Source: Vicugna vicugna | Lineage: Eukaryota | Direction: 5' to 3' | Assembly: GCA_013265495.1 (NCBI GenBank) | Contig: MU058718.1 | Location: 868,001-932,000 of the forward strand | DNA: 64,000 bases | Shown here: one piece after another, positions 11,501 to 22,881 of the stretch | Position numbering within the stretch: position 1 is the stretch's first letter | Layout: each line of letters opens with the position of its first letter | Position numbers and translations under genes: made by a program | Notes under the pieces: generated by a model | Databases searched by the model: none | The model's input: the letters and a program-made list of their open reading frames with translations, nothing else | Told to the model about the DNA's origin: nothing

Positions 11501-14500
11501 ATAAATGTAAAATACATATCTGATTTCAAAGACCAAGAAAAAAGCCTCATCTCATTAATAATTTGTTTCATACGTAAAATTTATTGAAGTGATACTATTT
11601 AGGCTATATGAGGTTAAATAAAATACATTATTAAAATTTTTACCTGTTTTTATTTTTTTTAATGGGCTGCTAGAAAATGTCAAGTTACACATATGGCTTC
11701 TATTTGTGGCTCCCAATATATTTCTATTGGACAGGGCTGCTCTAGATAGTACTACTGTACTTCTGTACTTCTAAAAGGGTTTAACTTGTAATTAACATAC
11801 TTAAGCATTTTTAAGAGACTAGGTAATTTTCTAGGTAATTTTCTATTTGCCTCTTGTACACATTGGATAATTTCTATTATGTAGATTTTAACTTTCCTAG
11901 AAAGAAACCTGACGTGGGACCACAGGAAGTGCTGCAGGGAGATTGTAGCTCTCCTCCATCAAACACTGTCATCTGTTTTGTATACTGGATTCCCTTTAAG
12001 ATTTCATTGGAAGAGAAAAAGGTTCGGTAAAAAGACTGGAAACTCCTTTTTCAGGCAAGACTAAATGAATAGGGCTTTACCAAATGTGCAGGAGTGGTTT
12101 TTGAACCAATGGTTTAAATGATGCTTTGCTTATGATTTAAATGTTCTCCAAATGGAAATTTCCTACCATAGTGGGTATCTCTAGAGCAGAAAATCTTCAC
12201 AAATACTGTAAGGGTCAACTGATCTATTGCCCATTTTAAATCTTTTTTTGATTGGTAGATTAAAGGAAGTAAATTAGCAAATTGATACTCTGGGATAACC
12301 AGAAAAAAATTTAAGGTTTATAAAATCTATATAGAGTTAAGCAATATATACATTTTTATTTTGGTTTTTTATAAGGACCTTGGTAGGACCATTAGGCTTG
12401 AGATATTCCAGGCCAATGAGAATATATTTGAGAAATTGAATTTGTTGGTATTATGCAAAATATAAATTCCAAATTGGGGTAGATTATCAGGATGTACGTA
12501 AGATTATGAGACTTGAGGCTATGGTGGTATTAACATCCTTGGGTGTGTGAAGATCAGATCCTATTCCATCTTTTCCACCTAGACATTGGTTCTCTAAATT
12601 TTCTAACTGGGTTGGACAATTTCACTACAACCTCTGTGTTCCCAGCTCAGGCTTAATTTCCAGTATCACAGTCAAGTCTGTAAAGAACCGTATGCTCAAA
12701 GCTCTGGGCGCTGCAATGTCAGTTTCCCATTTACATGCTTATCTCCCTCTAACTTTTACATTCTAACCTCAAATGCAGTTTCTATGTATAGAACTAGAAC
12801 AATAAGTGAAAAGCAGCACTATGTTCAGTAAGTGATGAGTTCTCTTTGCCCTTTACAGATACCTCTTCACATATTAGAGTAAGTCTATAGTTTGAAACTT
12901 TATGAAGTACCAAAAATTTATTTGGAAAATTCAGAAGAGACTACAGTTTGTTCTTTTTGACAAAGAGATTTTCAGTATTATTAAAAAAAAAACCTATTAA
13001 GATGGTTCTATCATATTGTACCTACCTGTATCTTTTTGGATGTTTCTTCTAACGTCTTTAAATTTACAACCTGTAAGTAGTAACAAGGCAAGTGAAAAGA
13101 GTCAGTTTTTGGTCATAAATAACAAGTATATTTAAACACAGATCTAGCTACTGTAGAAAATCATTACACATGATCATTTATGTGGTTCAGTTCCATTTTG
13201 AATGTGAATTTCAATTTCTTATATTTTTAGGAATATAAATCACACGGATTCATAGATTCCAGCTGAAGGAACTCTTAATCTAAGGACTCTTTATTCTGTG
13301 TCCTTTCTGTAATACGTACCAGCTGTAGTCCTTGGCTTTACATTGTATCCCAGTGTTGTTTTATTAAGATAAGTAAGTCAGAAATGGAGAGCCATGAATG
13401 TGGATTTGGATGAGTTGAAGAGGGGATCTATGTTCCTTTATCTCTAGCCCATCAAGAGTTTCCAGAAGTGAGTTCCCAATGCTGGTCTGTGAAATTCTCT
13501 TACTGCTCAGTACCGAGAATGATGTGTTGGCTGACAAAAAAATTATTTAAAATATATCAGTAGGAAGCTACCTGTAGTGCCACCTACCTGGAAGAGCACA
13601 TAAACCAAGAAACTGAGAACAATTCACTTGTGACAGGGGTAGCCTGAAAAGAATAAAACATTATCCAGTTTAGTTCAATTTAAAAAAAGGTTAAAGATGA
13701 AAATTTATACAAACACATGTGTTTGCCGCTGAACAAAGGTGTTTTAAAGTTTTACAGTAGTCATAGAACAAAAATTCATGTTAAATATCAATGTATTGGT
13801 CACAAAAAGGCCTAGAAAGGCTGCAAATTTTAAAATAGGGACCTATCATTTGCTTTGTTACAATTTAAATCTTAAGAGTGGCAAGCTAATTTAAACTTAC
13901 CTTGAAGAAAGAAATGCCTCGATTGCCTATAGCTAGTATAAAGTGCACTTAGGTTACCTGTCATGCTACCTGAGATATTTTATATTAGTAATCTTAGGAA
14001 GTAAGCTGGAAAATGTCCATCTGACAGTTTCATCCCCAGCATTCATCCTACATTACTATTTTAATATTTCTTTGTAGGACTTCCTTAAACAGATATATGT
14101 TATAGAATAAAAACCACAGGCCACCCATTCTTTGTGGTAATGGATTCTGGTTAAAATGAAATAATTTCCAGAAATTCTATTCCCAATTTACTTAGGAACA
14201 AAGTGGGCAGAGGCTCACCTTGTCCATAAAACAGATGTGTTTAGAGGAAGAGAGGGGACTTTGAAAATTAGATGAGTTTTTGAGTTTAAAGGGAGTTGGA
14301 TGGGGAAATGAAGGATAATCGCTATCTGATAGCAGAACAAAAGAACTTTAGGGACAACACTCTTTTTCTCTTCTTACAGCATGGACAGTGCTTAAAGAGA
14401 GAGATTATTAGATTTACAGGCTAAGAGAAAGCATTTGATTGCTGGTTGGAGAGAATCTGGTGTAAACATAAATCACTGCCAAGATTTAGAAGTTGATTTT

Positions 14501-17373
14501 ATATAAAAAGACTTGTTTTTGTTATTGTATCTATGGTAATATGGCTTTTATCTTAAACAAGGTCTGCTGATAGATGCATTACTGTGGCAAGCAGTTCTAG
14601 GATCTGAATAAATGATAAACGATATCTCATCCTAGGTTTGGTACACTATTCTTTTGTCGTAAAAGAATAAAAAGATTTTGGTACTAAATGGGAGAACATT
14701 CCAATCCTATCTCAACTCTTTGTTTCTACTATGGTTTGCTCAACGTATAAGGAAGGAACTCCCATTACTCCCCCTTTACCCCCCAAAAAACACCTTACTC
14801 TATCATAAATAATTAAGATTAGAATTATATAATCAGCAGAAGAGAACCGTTTTCAATATGTAGACTAAATTTTACAAAGATTATAGATATACACATCAAA
14901 TATTTGAGCTCATCACTGATTAGAAATGTTCACATACCATGATATTTGAATTGGAGTCTGTTCATCTTCAACAGGCTCTTCATCTGATGAGTCGAACTCA
15001 CTTGTTTGCATTGAACTAGGCTTCAAAAGAAATCCATTATGTTAAATAACTGTAAAGAATATTTACAGTTTTAGTATAGCTGACCCTTGCTTAAACACAC
15101 GCTGATGCATATTTGCGATTTACTCAACCTGGATTATCAGAGAAATCAGCAATGTCAATAATAAGCTATTGCATTTACCATCCTATTAATAATTACACCA
15201 CTATGCAGTGGAAAGAGTGTTGGATTGGGAACCAAGAAACCTGGCTTCTGGTCTTGGCTCTGCCATTTACTGTAGAAACTTGGACAAGTAACTTCAGTTT
15301 CTACTGGACCTCAGTGTTCCAAAACTATAAAGTGAGGAGATTTATTCACTCATTCACAAACATTTCTTGGACACCTTAATTTGCCAAGCTCTGGAGAGGC
15401 AAAGGTCCATAAAATAAACAGCTTGCCTTCAGTGCAGCTGGAGAGACAGGGTGTACATAGGTTAAAGAAAGTCAGAAGTGTTAAAATGGAAGCATAAACT
15501 ATGCACTTTAGAGCCCAGAAAGGAGTGACTGGCTGCTTCGGGAGCTGGGGAAAGCTTCACAGAGGACAGACCCGTTAGTTGGGTTTTGATGGATGAACAG
15601 GTTTTTAGGCAGAGAAGTTAAGGCAGTTAAGGCAAAAAGAGAAAGGGCTTGTGTACAGTATAATCCCTTGGTTTCCGTGGGAGGGGAGGATTGGTTCGTT
15701 TCAGGACCACCACCACCAACCCACCCATGGGGTTCAAAATCTACCAATGCTCAAGTCCCTTATATAAAACAACGAGGTACAGTTGGCGCTCCACATCTGT
15801 GGATACCGAAGGCTGACTGTAGGCAGGAACTGCGATATCAGAGCAGAGGAGAGGAAGCTAAAGAAGTAGTTTCTTCCACCCCATTTCTCAAAAGAATACC
15901 CCCATACAGCCCAGTAGTTTGATTGTGGGGGTGGGGATGGGAGTATAACCTGCCCTTAACTTCATGAATCATTGGACTAGAGAGATTGAGATGGACTTTG
16001 TGTGCTGACCTAAGGAGTTGAAACTCAGTCCTCTGGGAAACATTTCTACATGGAAGATGTGCTGGAGTTTTATAGGACCAATAAAAAACACACCTTTCTT
16101 CTATTCCCTAGATGGAACCAACTGAGAGATGAGACACTAGAGAGGCAAATGGAGATCAATATATCAGTTTTATTACTGAGTGTCAGGTGAAGGATGTGGC
16201 TTTAAAGCCAAGGTCAAGTGGGCTTGTCAGTTCTTCACTCCAGAAATGGACTTATTCACCCAGTCCCAGGCAGTGATGGACAACCCAGGGCTCCCCTGTG
16301 GCAGACAGCACGCTAGAAAGTACTCTCTGCAAAGAGAAGGGACGAAAGGGTTGAGCTACTTGTGTTCAGCTCCTGCCAAACTCGGGGATCAGATCACACA
16401 CTCTTCGCCTTCTGGGGACAAGTGTAGAAAGAGGCCAGGAGTGAAGGACAGCTGATACTCCTCCACACGGAAACATGGGGATTAGCAAGTGTAACCGCCT
16501 AATGTCTTTTCTAGCTCTGAAGCTATAATCCATAATGGTCCTGTTTGTTACTACAAGTTCACACTGCAGAACCAGTTTAGGCCATGGATTTGAGCTGCTT
16601 TGGATCTGTCCGTATTATTATCAATTCAACTCAAACAAGCCCTTCAACGAGTTGTCAACCTTGGTGGTAGGTAATATGAGTCAGGTGGGGCTTCAGTTCC
16701 TTAAGCCTGTTTTTTTTTCTTTCTTTCTTTCTCTTTAAAGCAGTTTTGATGATTCAGGATTTTCAACGTATGTGGCCCATTCACTCAAGCTCTCCCAGCC
16801 AGATTTATAAACCCCCAGAGTTGGACGTTTCCGCTCCTCCAGGCCCAGAGATTCTGAACCCTAGGGAAAGGGACGCAGTGCCAGGTGGCCCCGTAGGATG
16901 GTGACAGTGGTCACACACCCACAAGCAGGGGTTGGCAATCGTCTTTCATGAAGTTTTCCCCGTCCAGGGGGCTCAGGGCAGCCCGGGACATGCTTTGGAG
17001 CTGGGGTATCAGGCTGAATGATGCACGGAGCCTTTTAAGCTCTCTATGCCTTAGTTTCCTCCATAAAACAGGACTCAGCCGTCTAAGTCAGGACTGTCAT
17101 GAGGCTTAGGAGACCCCGCAGACGACAGCCCACAGCCTACAACAGGCGTACAGAGAATGTCAATCTTCCCCTCGCCCGCCACCGACCCTGTTGCTTTGCT
17201 GCCATCGTTCTCGCCAGTTCTGGAAGCCCCACCTCCCCTACCCTGGACGGTTACTGCGCGAATCTTGCCGCGACCAGGCTCGGGCTGTCCCCGGGACCAA
17301 GAACCGGCCTCGGGACCGCTCCCATCCCTGCGGCTCCGTTCCTCCAATCCCCAGCCCGACTCACCGGCTTCAT
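3077..17373 (-). CDS. CDKN3: Cyclin-dependent kinase inhibitor 3 (KAP phosphatase), complete 8-exon CDS, 212 aa
   Basis: Hand-spliced exons 9+83+56+45+223+32+104+87 = 639 nt give [212 protein letters not shown]. Catalytic HCxxGxGRS motif intact; all introns GT-AG; matches recalled mammalian CDKN3. Confidence 0.98.
4657..4760 (-). CDS. CDKN3: CDKN3 exon 7 (104 nt)
   Basis: ctattag|TAGCTG...ATAAAG|gtaagg; [35 protein letters not shown]. Confidence 0.97.
4998..6222 (-). mobile_element. Old L1M (L1MB-like) 3' region in intron 6, interrupted by a younger L1
   Basis: acagctttattgag...aagtgtacaatt...tattccattgtatgg...tggtatctcattgtggttttgacttgcatttc L1 motifs. Confidence 0.85.
5457..5748 (-). mobile_element. 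Young 5'-truncated L1 3' end with (TTTC)n tail and TSD
   Basis: TSD TATGAATAATGCAGCTTT at 5439-5456 and 5749-5766; tttacaatgtgtcaacttctggt...cagc L1 3' terminus. Confidence 0.88.
6703..6734 (-). CDS. CDKN3: CDKN3 exon 6 (32 nt), encodes the catalytic P-loop
   Basis: tttcag|CTGTTATGGAGGACTTGGGAGATCTTGTCTTG|gtaaga; (H)[10 protein letters not shown]. Confidence 0.97.
6864..6932. repeat. Compound (TA)n / AT-rich low-complexity tract
   Basis: Direct read. Confidence 0.9.
7170..7420 (+). mobile_element. MIR SINE
   Basis: gaatcccgaatctgtcatttattagatgtgtgaacc...aacctctctgggcctc...gatgggga core. Confidence 0.8.
8067..8519 (+). mobile_element. MaLR LTR (MLT1B/C-like)
   Basis: gtgaatgtaaccttatttgaaaatggggtctttacagatg...gatgaggtcattagggtggg...acagccctaggaaa...aataca. 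Confidence 0.85.
9041..9156 (+). mobile_element. Camelid tRNA-derived SINE (Vic-1-like), internally deleted
   Basis: ggggagggtatagctcaag...ggttcaatcc B box...aaacctaattacctcccc; perfect 16-bp TSD AAATTATAAAATATTT at 9025-9040 and 9157-9172. Confidence 0.88.
10421..10643 (-). CDS. CDKN3: CDKN3 exon 5 (223 nt)
   Basis: ttggcag|AAGAAC...AATACA|gtacgt; lies within ORF 10360..10677; [23 protein letters not shown]...KTLI. Confidence 0.98.
11465..11745. mobile_element. hAT-Charlie MITE (MER33/MER3-like)
   Basis: aaatatggctagtccaaattcagatgt...atatttctattggacagggctgctctag. Confidence 0.75.
13026..13070 (-). CDS. CDKN3: CDKN3 exon 4 (45 nt)
   Basis: cttacag|GTTGTA...ATACAG|gtagg; [15 protein letters not shown]. 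Confidence 0.96.
13588..13643 (-). CDS. CDKN3: CDKN3 exon 3 (56 nt)
   Basis: ttttcag|GCTACC...TTCCAG|gtaggt; [18 protein letters not shown]. Confidence 0.96.
14938..15020 (-). CDS. CDKN3: CDKN3 exon 2 (83 nt)
   Basis: ttttgaag|CCTAGT...ATCATG|gtatgt; [28 protein letters not shown]. Confidence 0.96.
15200..15600. mobile_element. MIR (+, ~15200-15340) abutting an L2 fragment (-, ~15345-15600)
   Basis: MIR core ctggcttctggtcttggctctgccatttact; L2 end attcactcattcacaaacattt. Confidence 0.65.
15656..15819. mobile_element. TcMar-Tigger MITE (MER2-like), internally deleted
   Basis: TA|CAGT...cccttggtttccgtggg ... ggataccgaaggctgACTG|TA terminal inverted repeats with TA target duplication. Confidence 0.75.
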
Positions 17374-17760
17374 CGCTGGCCGCCCCACGTACTGACCGGC
17401 AGCCACCTCCTTCGGGAGGCGCAGGCGTCTCAGCCTCCGCCCCCGCACTCAGCCCTCCTCTCCTCTCAGCTCATTGGTACATCCTTCTGTGAGGTGGGGC
17501 GAGGCGTCTCTTTGGAACCAATCAGACCTTCTCTCTGTTTCTTACTCCGCCCTTCGGTGCCCTGGCTCGGCCTCTAACCGCTCATTGGGTCATAGGGAGC
17601 CTTTGAAAGACGCGCGGGAGAAGAGCCCTGCTGAATGTTGATTGGCTGCGAGGGCGCCCTCCTCCCGCCTCGACGCCAGTTGGGAGCGTCGAGGGGGCGG
17701 AGCGCTATCGCCGAGAGGCAGCCCTCAAGCTTCGGGGGATTCTGGAAAGCGGTTCTTTCT
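17080..17760 (-). promoter_or_regulatory. CDKN3: CpG island / CDKN3 promoter with CCAAT boxes, GC boxes, CHR and E2F-like site
   Basis: High GC/CpG. CCAAT/ATTGG at 17473-17477, 17518-17522, 17584-17588, 17641-17645; GC boxes at 17437-17442, 17547-17552, 17695-17700; TTTGAA at 17602-17607 next to GCGCGGGAG; no TATA box seen. Confidence 0.88.
17365..17373 (-). CDS. CDKN3: CDKN3 exon 1 coding part (MKP)
   Basis: Minus strand gccagcgATGAAGCCG|gtgagt; strong donor, in CpG island. Confidence 0.95.
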
Positions 17761-18357
17761 CAGGGCAGGATTTCATACTGGTCCCAGGGTAGGGAATTTT
17801 GTTTTCTTAATTTTTACCTTTTTTTTTTTTTTTTACTTTTAAGGTCATGGTGGGGAGCATTGGCCTGGAGAATCTTGTGAAAACACACCACATCCCATAG
17901 ACTTTATAACTGTGGTCATATCTGGTTATACAAATACAATGGGACTCGCCAAAAATCCAGAATATAAATATACCTTATATGTGTGATGTTTATGTACTTA
18001 CCATTCCAGAATATAGACAAGTTAGGATGTAGATCAACGTTCCTATTCACTAAATATGAATGAAATAGTACTGTGTGAGGGGGAGATAAAAAGTCTCCAG
18101 AAAATTCTAAGTGCCGGTGTTTCTCAGTAATTGGCTATAACCTTAAAAAAAATGTATTTGATTACTTTCTCCCCCATTCTCCAGTCCCCATTTAGCTGAC
18201 CATGGGGAAGAAAGTCACCTGGAGCAATATTACCTGCAGTTCTGACAGAACTACGCAGAAGTTTAAGCTCCCTGACTCATGTCTGGAAACCAGTGGGTAG
18301 AAAGCTACTGGGAAGAATTCTTTAGTAAAAGAAGATAGCACACTTTGACTTACGGAC

Positions 18358-18952
18358 TGTATTAGTCAAGATTATCCAGAGAAAAGAACGAATGGGGTAT
18401 GTTCATAAAGAGATTTATTTTAAGGAATTGGCTCCCACCGCTGTGGAGGTTTGGGAAGTCCAAAAGCTGATGGAGGAGGCTAGCGGGTGCTGGAGACTCA
18501 GGAAAAAGTTGTAGTTGTAGTTCAAAGGCAGTCTGCGTAGAACCAGGACTAGCTGATGTTGCAGATGAAGTCCAAAAGCCATCTGCTGCAGAATCCCCGC
18601 TTGCCTTTTTGTTCTCTTCAGGCCTTCAATTAATTGAATGAGGAGGGGAGTCTGCTTTTCTCAAAGTACAGCAGTTTAAATGTTAATCTCAAGCAAAAAC
18701 ACCCTCACAGAAACATCTAGAAGACATTAAAAAATTATTTATTCATTTATTTTGGGGACAGGTAATTAGGTTTTTATTTATTTATTTTAAATGGGGGTAC
18801 TGGGGATATAACCCAGGACCTTGTGCATGCTAGGTGCACACTCAACCACTGAGATCTACCACTGAGCTCTACCCTCCCCTCTGGAATACATTTTGAGCAA
18901 ATATCGGGGTACTGTAGCCCAGTCAAGTTGACATATAAAATTAAACATCACA
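18358..18952 (-). mobile_element. ERVL MLT2-type solo LTR (contains a SINE insertion)
   Basis: Ends tgtattagtc... and ...cccagtcaagttgacatataaaattaaacatcaca match MLT2 termini. Confidence 0.85.
18727..18879 (-). mobile_element. Vic-1-like SINE nested in MLT2
   Basis: ggtaattagg...ggtactgggga...cccaggacc...accactgagctctaccctcccc; degenerate TSD tctagaagaca / tctggaataca. Confidence 0.85.
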
Positions 18953-18967
18953 GACTTGTTGGACTTG

Positions 18968-19400
18968 ATTCATTTATTTATTCAGTAGATATTTATTGAG
19001 TACCATCCATGTCCTAGGTACTATTCAAGGTGCTGGGAATACTGGAGTGAACTAAACAAAGTCCCTGCCTTTATGGGGCTCACATGCTATTGGGTCAGAT
19101 ATTTGGGTAGTTATATGTGCTATAAAGAAAATTAAAATAAATAGAGCCTATTGAGAATATATTCTGGACTGAAAAGTCAAGGAAAGCATCTTTGAGATGT
19201 CATTTGAGCAATACCTAAATGAAGATAGTGAGTGAACCATTTGAATATTTAGTGGAAGTGTTTTCAGTCTGTCTGAAGAGTAAGGCGGTGCAAAGGCCCT
19301 GGGGTGGGAAATGTGCTAGGTGTGTTCAAGGAACAGCAAAGAGGCCAGTATGAGAAGCTAATTGAGTGAGGCCGAGAGTGGTAGGAAATGAAGCAGGGCC
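18968..19400 (-). mobile_element. L2 3' fragment
   Basis: ttcatttatttattcagtagatatttattgagtacc...gtgcaaaggccctgggg...tgtgttcaaggaacagc. Confidence 0.8.
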
Positions 19401-19907
19401 TTGTGGGGGGCTTAAGAGCCTCTTTTCTGAAGCATTCTGGGAGGGTCCAAGGAAAGACTGAGACCTGGACTTTGGGTAGGTACTCTCTGAGTGGGCTTCA
19501 GGATATCTGATACTCCCTCATTCCCTAATTCCCACCTTCTTTCTGCTTCTCCCAGTGTTGTCTCCGCAGATCTCTTTAATCTTCAGCATCAGGAGCCCTT
19601 CTATTCCTCAGAACAAAACTTCCCCCTCAGAATTAGTGAAATCCCAGCCCTTCGAGGGTGGTGGACATTCTACCACCTCTGGCCTCAGCTGGATGTGAAC
19701 GTAGTCTCAATCTGTTCTGCCTTCTGTTGATTCTTCCGAGAGGGGAGGACGAGCTCCAGTCCCATGGTAGGAAGGGGATAGAGGGTGGAGGGCTGGAATA
19801 AACTGAAAGTATTTCAACTTCTGTTTGTTCTCTCCACTAGCAGGGTCAGTCCAGGCTTTCTCTCTAACTACCCAAAGACAAACATCTCACCTCTTTTTCA
19901 TCTAGTC

Positions 19908-20120
19908 CAGGGTTTGGCAAATTATGGCTCATGGACCAAATCCCTATTTTTGTAAATAAAGTTTTATTAGAACACAGCCACACTCCATTGCTGAAGTATT
20001 GTGTGTGGCTGCCTTTACACTACACTGGTAGAGTTGTGCAGTTGAGCAGGAACTGTATGGCCTGCAAAGCCTAAAATATTTACTCTCTGGTCCTAGGCAG
20101 AAAAAGTTTGCCTACCCATG
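19908..20120. mobile_element. MER58A-like hAT MITE
   Basis: cagggtttggcaaa...tttttgtaaataaagttttattagaacacagccac...aaagcctaaaatatttact...aaaaagtttgcctacccatg. Confidence 0.85.
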
Positions 20121-21124
20121 TCATATAGTCTATGAGAGAAGTGTCTATTTCTTCTAGTAACATGATTTTAAGTCTGCTTCTTACAAAGGAAGGAGTCCTG
20201 GCCTTATTATGCTAAAATATTCTCGTCTGTTTAGCTTGTTCTCTTCATTATGGAGGGTCCTACGTAAACTGACAAAGCCTCTGGCTGAGCTATCTGGTTA
20301 AATGGCGTCATAGTAACCTAGTTTCTCTCTAATTCCCAAGATTCTCCCTGAGAGGAGGAAGTAGGGGGAGGGGGCTGCAGTTCAGCCTGCCACACCTGTA
20401 GTCTTCAGTCAATTTTTTGGTGTATGGCTCATGGCTGTTGACAGAAATGTATGTGGTCAAAACAATGTGGAAGATTTAGCCAAACTATCAGAGGGAAAAG
20501 TGTTAACATATGTTCCTAGACACATGAGTATTTTGAGAGATGCTCAAAGAGAAATGAAACATGATTGCCATCAGAGGTTGCACTTGGATGCAAGTTTTAC
20601 AGATAGAGACATTTAAAAAATATTTAATGGATTTGGCGTGAGTGTTAGAGAGAAAACGCTGGAATCTTAGAGTTGACTGCAACTTGGAGAGAACCTATCT
20701 CCCCATTCTTGACATGCCAAGTTTAAGAATTTCTCTTGTGATAACCATCAGATACAGTATATGACATCTACAGTGGGCATATATGGTTTTTCTATTGCTT
20801 CTCCCTTTGGTGAGTTGCCTCTTTCTCATTTCATGTGGTCGTGTTGGGCATGTGACTGGGACTGACCCATAAATGTACTCGATTCCTCTGGTTACAGTTA
20901 ATGGTCCATGGAAAGCATGTGACTCAAACTGTAGCATCCTTCCTTGTCTTGTGTGCTTTGGTTGCTAGTGTTCTTTTCTTCTTTCCCTTCCTGAAGTTTC
21001 TGATTTACCCCAGAATGATACTGAGTTCTAATTTCCACTGGATAAGTGTAGTAGATTGTAAAATATATTTAGAATACTATTTAAATTTTATAATGCTGTT
21101 GTATTTTATAATTAGAATGGATGT

Positions 21125-21860
21125 GACAATTTCACTCATCCCACAGACTCTTCGGCACCGTGACTTTGCCATGCTCCATCACGAGGTGGAGTATGATACT
21201 CCTCCTCTTAAATACAGGCTGGCCTTAGTGACTAGTTTAACTGGTGGAATGTCTCAGAAGTGACAAATCATAACCTTGATAAAATTTCATCCTTGTATAT
21301 CCAGCACCCAGGTCAAGGCATGGAATATTACCAGCCCCCAGAAGTCTCCTTTATGTCTCCGAACACAAGCCACCCCCAGGGTCACCTCTGTTTTGACTTC
21401 TGAAACTATTGCTTAGTTTTGCTTGCTTGCGAATTGTATGTAAATGCAGTCTTTTGTGTCTGGCTTCTGTTGCTCAACTTTATGTATGTGAGATTCATTC
21501 ATGTTTTGGTGTGGGATTGTACTTGTTCATTCTCATGGCAGTATACATGTGCTATAATTCATTCATCCAATCTACTGTTAATAGACATTGGGTAGTTTCC
21601 AGGGCTGGGCTATTATGAATAGTGCTGCTATAAACACCCTTGTCAACGTTATGTTTTGATAAACATATGTACATACTGCTGTTGGGTATGTACTAGGCGT
21701 GGAAATGCATCTGTTCATCCTTAGTCAATACTACTAGACAGTTTTCCAGAGAGGCTATACCAGTTCACACTCCCATGGGCACTGTATTAGAATCTAGGTC
21801 AACATTTTGGCCAACATTTAGTATTGCCTATCTTTTTCGTTTTCCCCATTTGGTGGATGC
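21125..21860. mobile_element. MLT1-like fragment (~21125-21263) followed by old L1ME-like fragment (-)
   Basis: ggctggccttagtgactagtttaac...gaagtgaca; then gagattcattcatgtt...gggctattatgaatagtgctgctataaac. Confidence 0.65.
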
Positions 21861-22881
21861 TAATTTCAAATTGTTCAAAGATTGACACTAGTCAGTTGGA
21901 TATCAGACAGAATCAGTAGATACCGTTCTTCAAGAGGTAGCAAAAGCTCCATAATTTTTGGAGAATGTTTCTGTGTTATGTGTTAATTACCATGTGTAAA
22001 TATTTTCTGTATTATTTGGTGTGTCTGTATCATTATAATGTATATGTTTTGGGGGGGTACATGCCTACTTTAGACCGTAAAACTACTTATATGAACTGAG
22101 TGGCCCCAAATTAAGAAGCTTCCCAAATTTAGACATCATCCTTGGGCACCTCACACTGTGATGTGGGAAATGTTAAAGTTCCCAGACATCTCCAGCTTGG
22201 GACTAAAACTTAAGTCACAATAACCATCCTCTATGAATATTTCTCTAGTTCTTCCTCTATCTACTATATGAACCGGCAGCCCCTCTCTACTCCTCATAGT
22301 AGTTCAGTGAGTCAGATGACCTCCTGTATACTCAGAGATGCAGGAGCAAGCCCCCCTCCTTGCCCCTCAGCCGCCATCTTTGGCTCTTCTGTTCTCACTT
22401 GCTGTCGAGTCACTGCCCAAGCCTGGAGCAGCAGATGTGCTGACACTCACTGAAGGTGCTGTGACTGCCCATTGACCACTGACGTCCACACATCTGCAGT
22501 GCCAACTGCACCTTCACTGTTGCTGCTGAAATTGCTGGCCCAGGATTTTGCTAACCTTGGCTTCTTCAGTGTCCCATGGAAATTGTAATGAAACAGCTCT
22601 AAACTAAAAAATTCCAATGGCTTTTTACAGCCACGGGAACTGGGTCACAGGTTGTTGGGTGTGGCCAACACTGGGTTGTGCTGAGAATCGTCTCTCTCCC
22701 CTCTGGCCTTGTCTAGATGTCATTGAAGCCAATTTGTATACTTTGACTTTCTCTATCCCTGGGGTGAGTTTCTTTCCAGGAGTCCTCTGGCCTCTCTTGT
22801 AAACAGTCCTGGCAAGATTATCTCACCCTCCTGACAGCTGTGCTCAGGTGTGTCTTGCGCCTGGAGTGCTTGGTCTCCACC

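Noticed and set aside
17075..17880. Cluster of overlapping ORFs on both strands
   Set aside because: Stop-codon scarcity in a GC-rich CpG island; only ATGAAGCCG is coding
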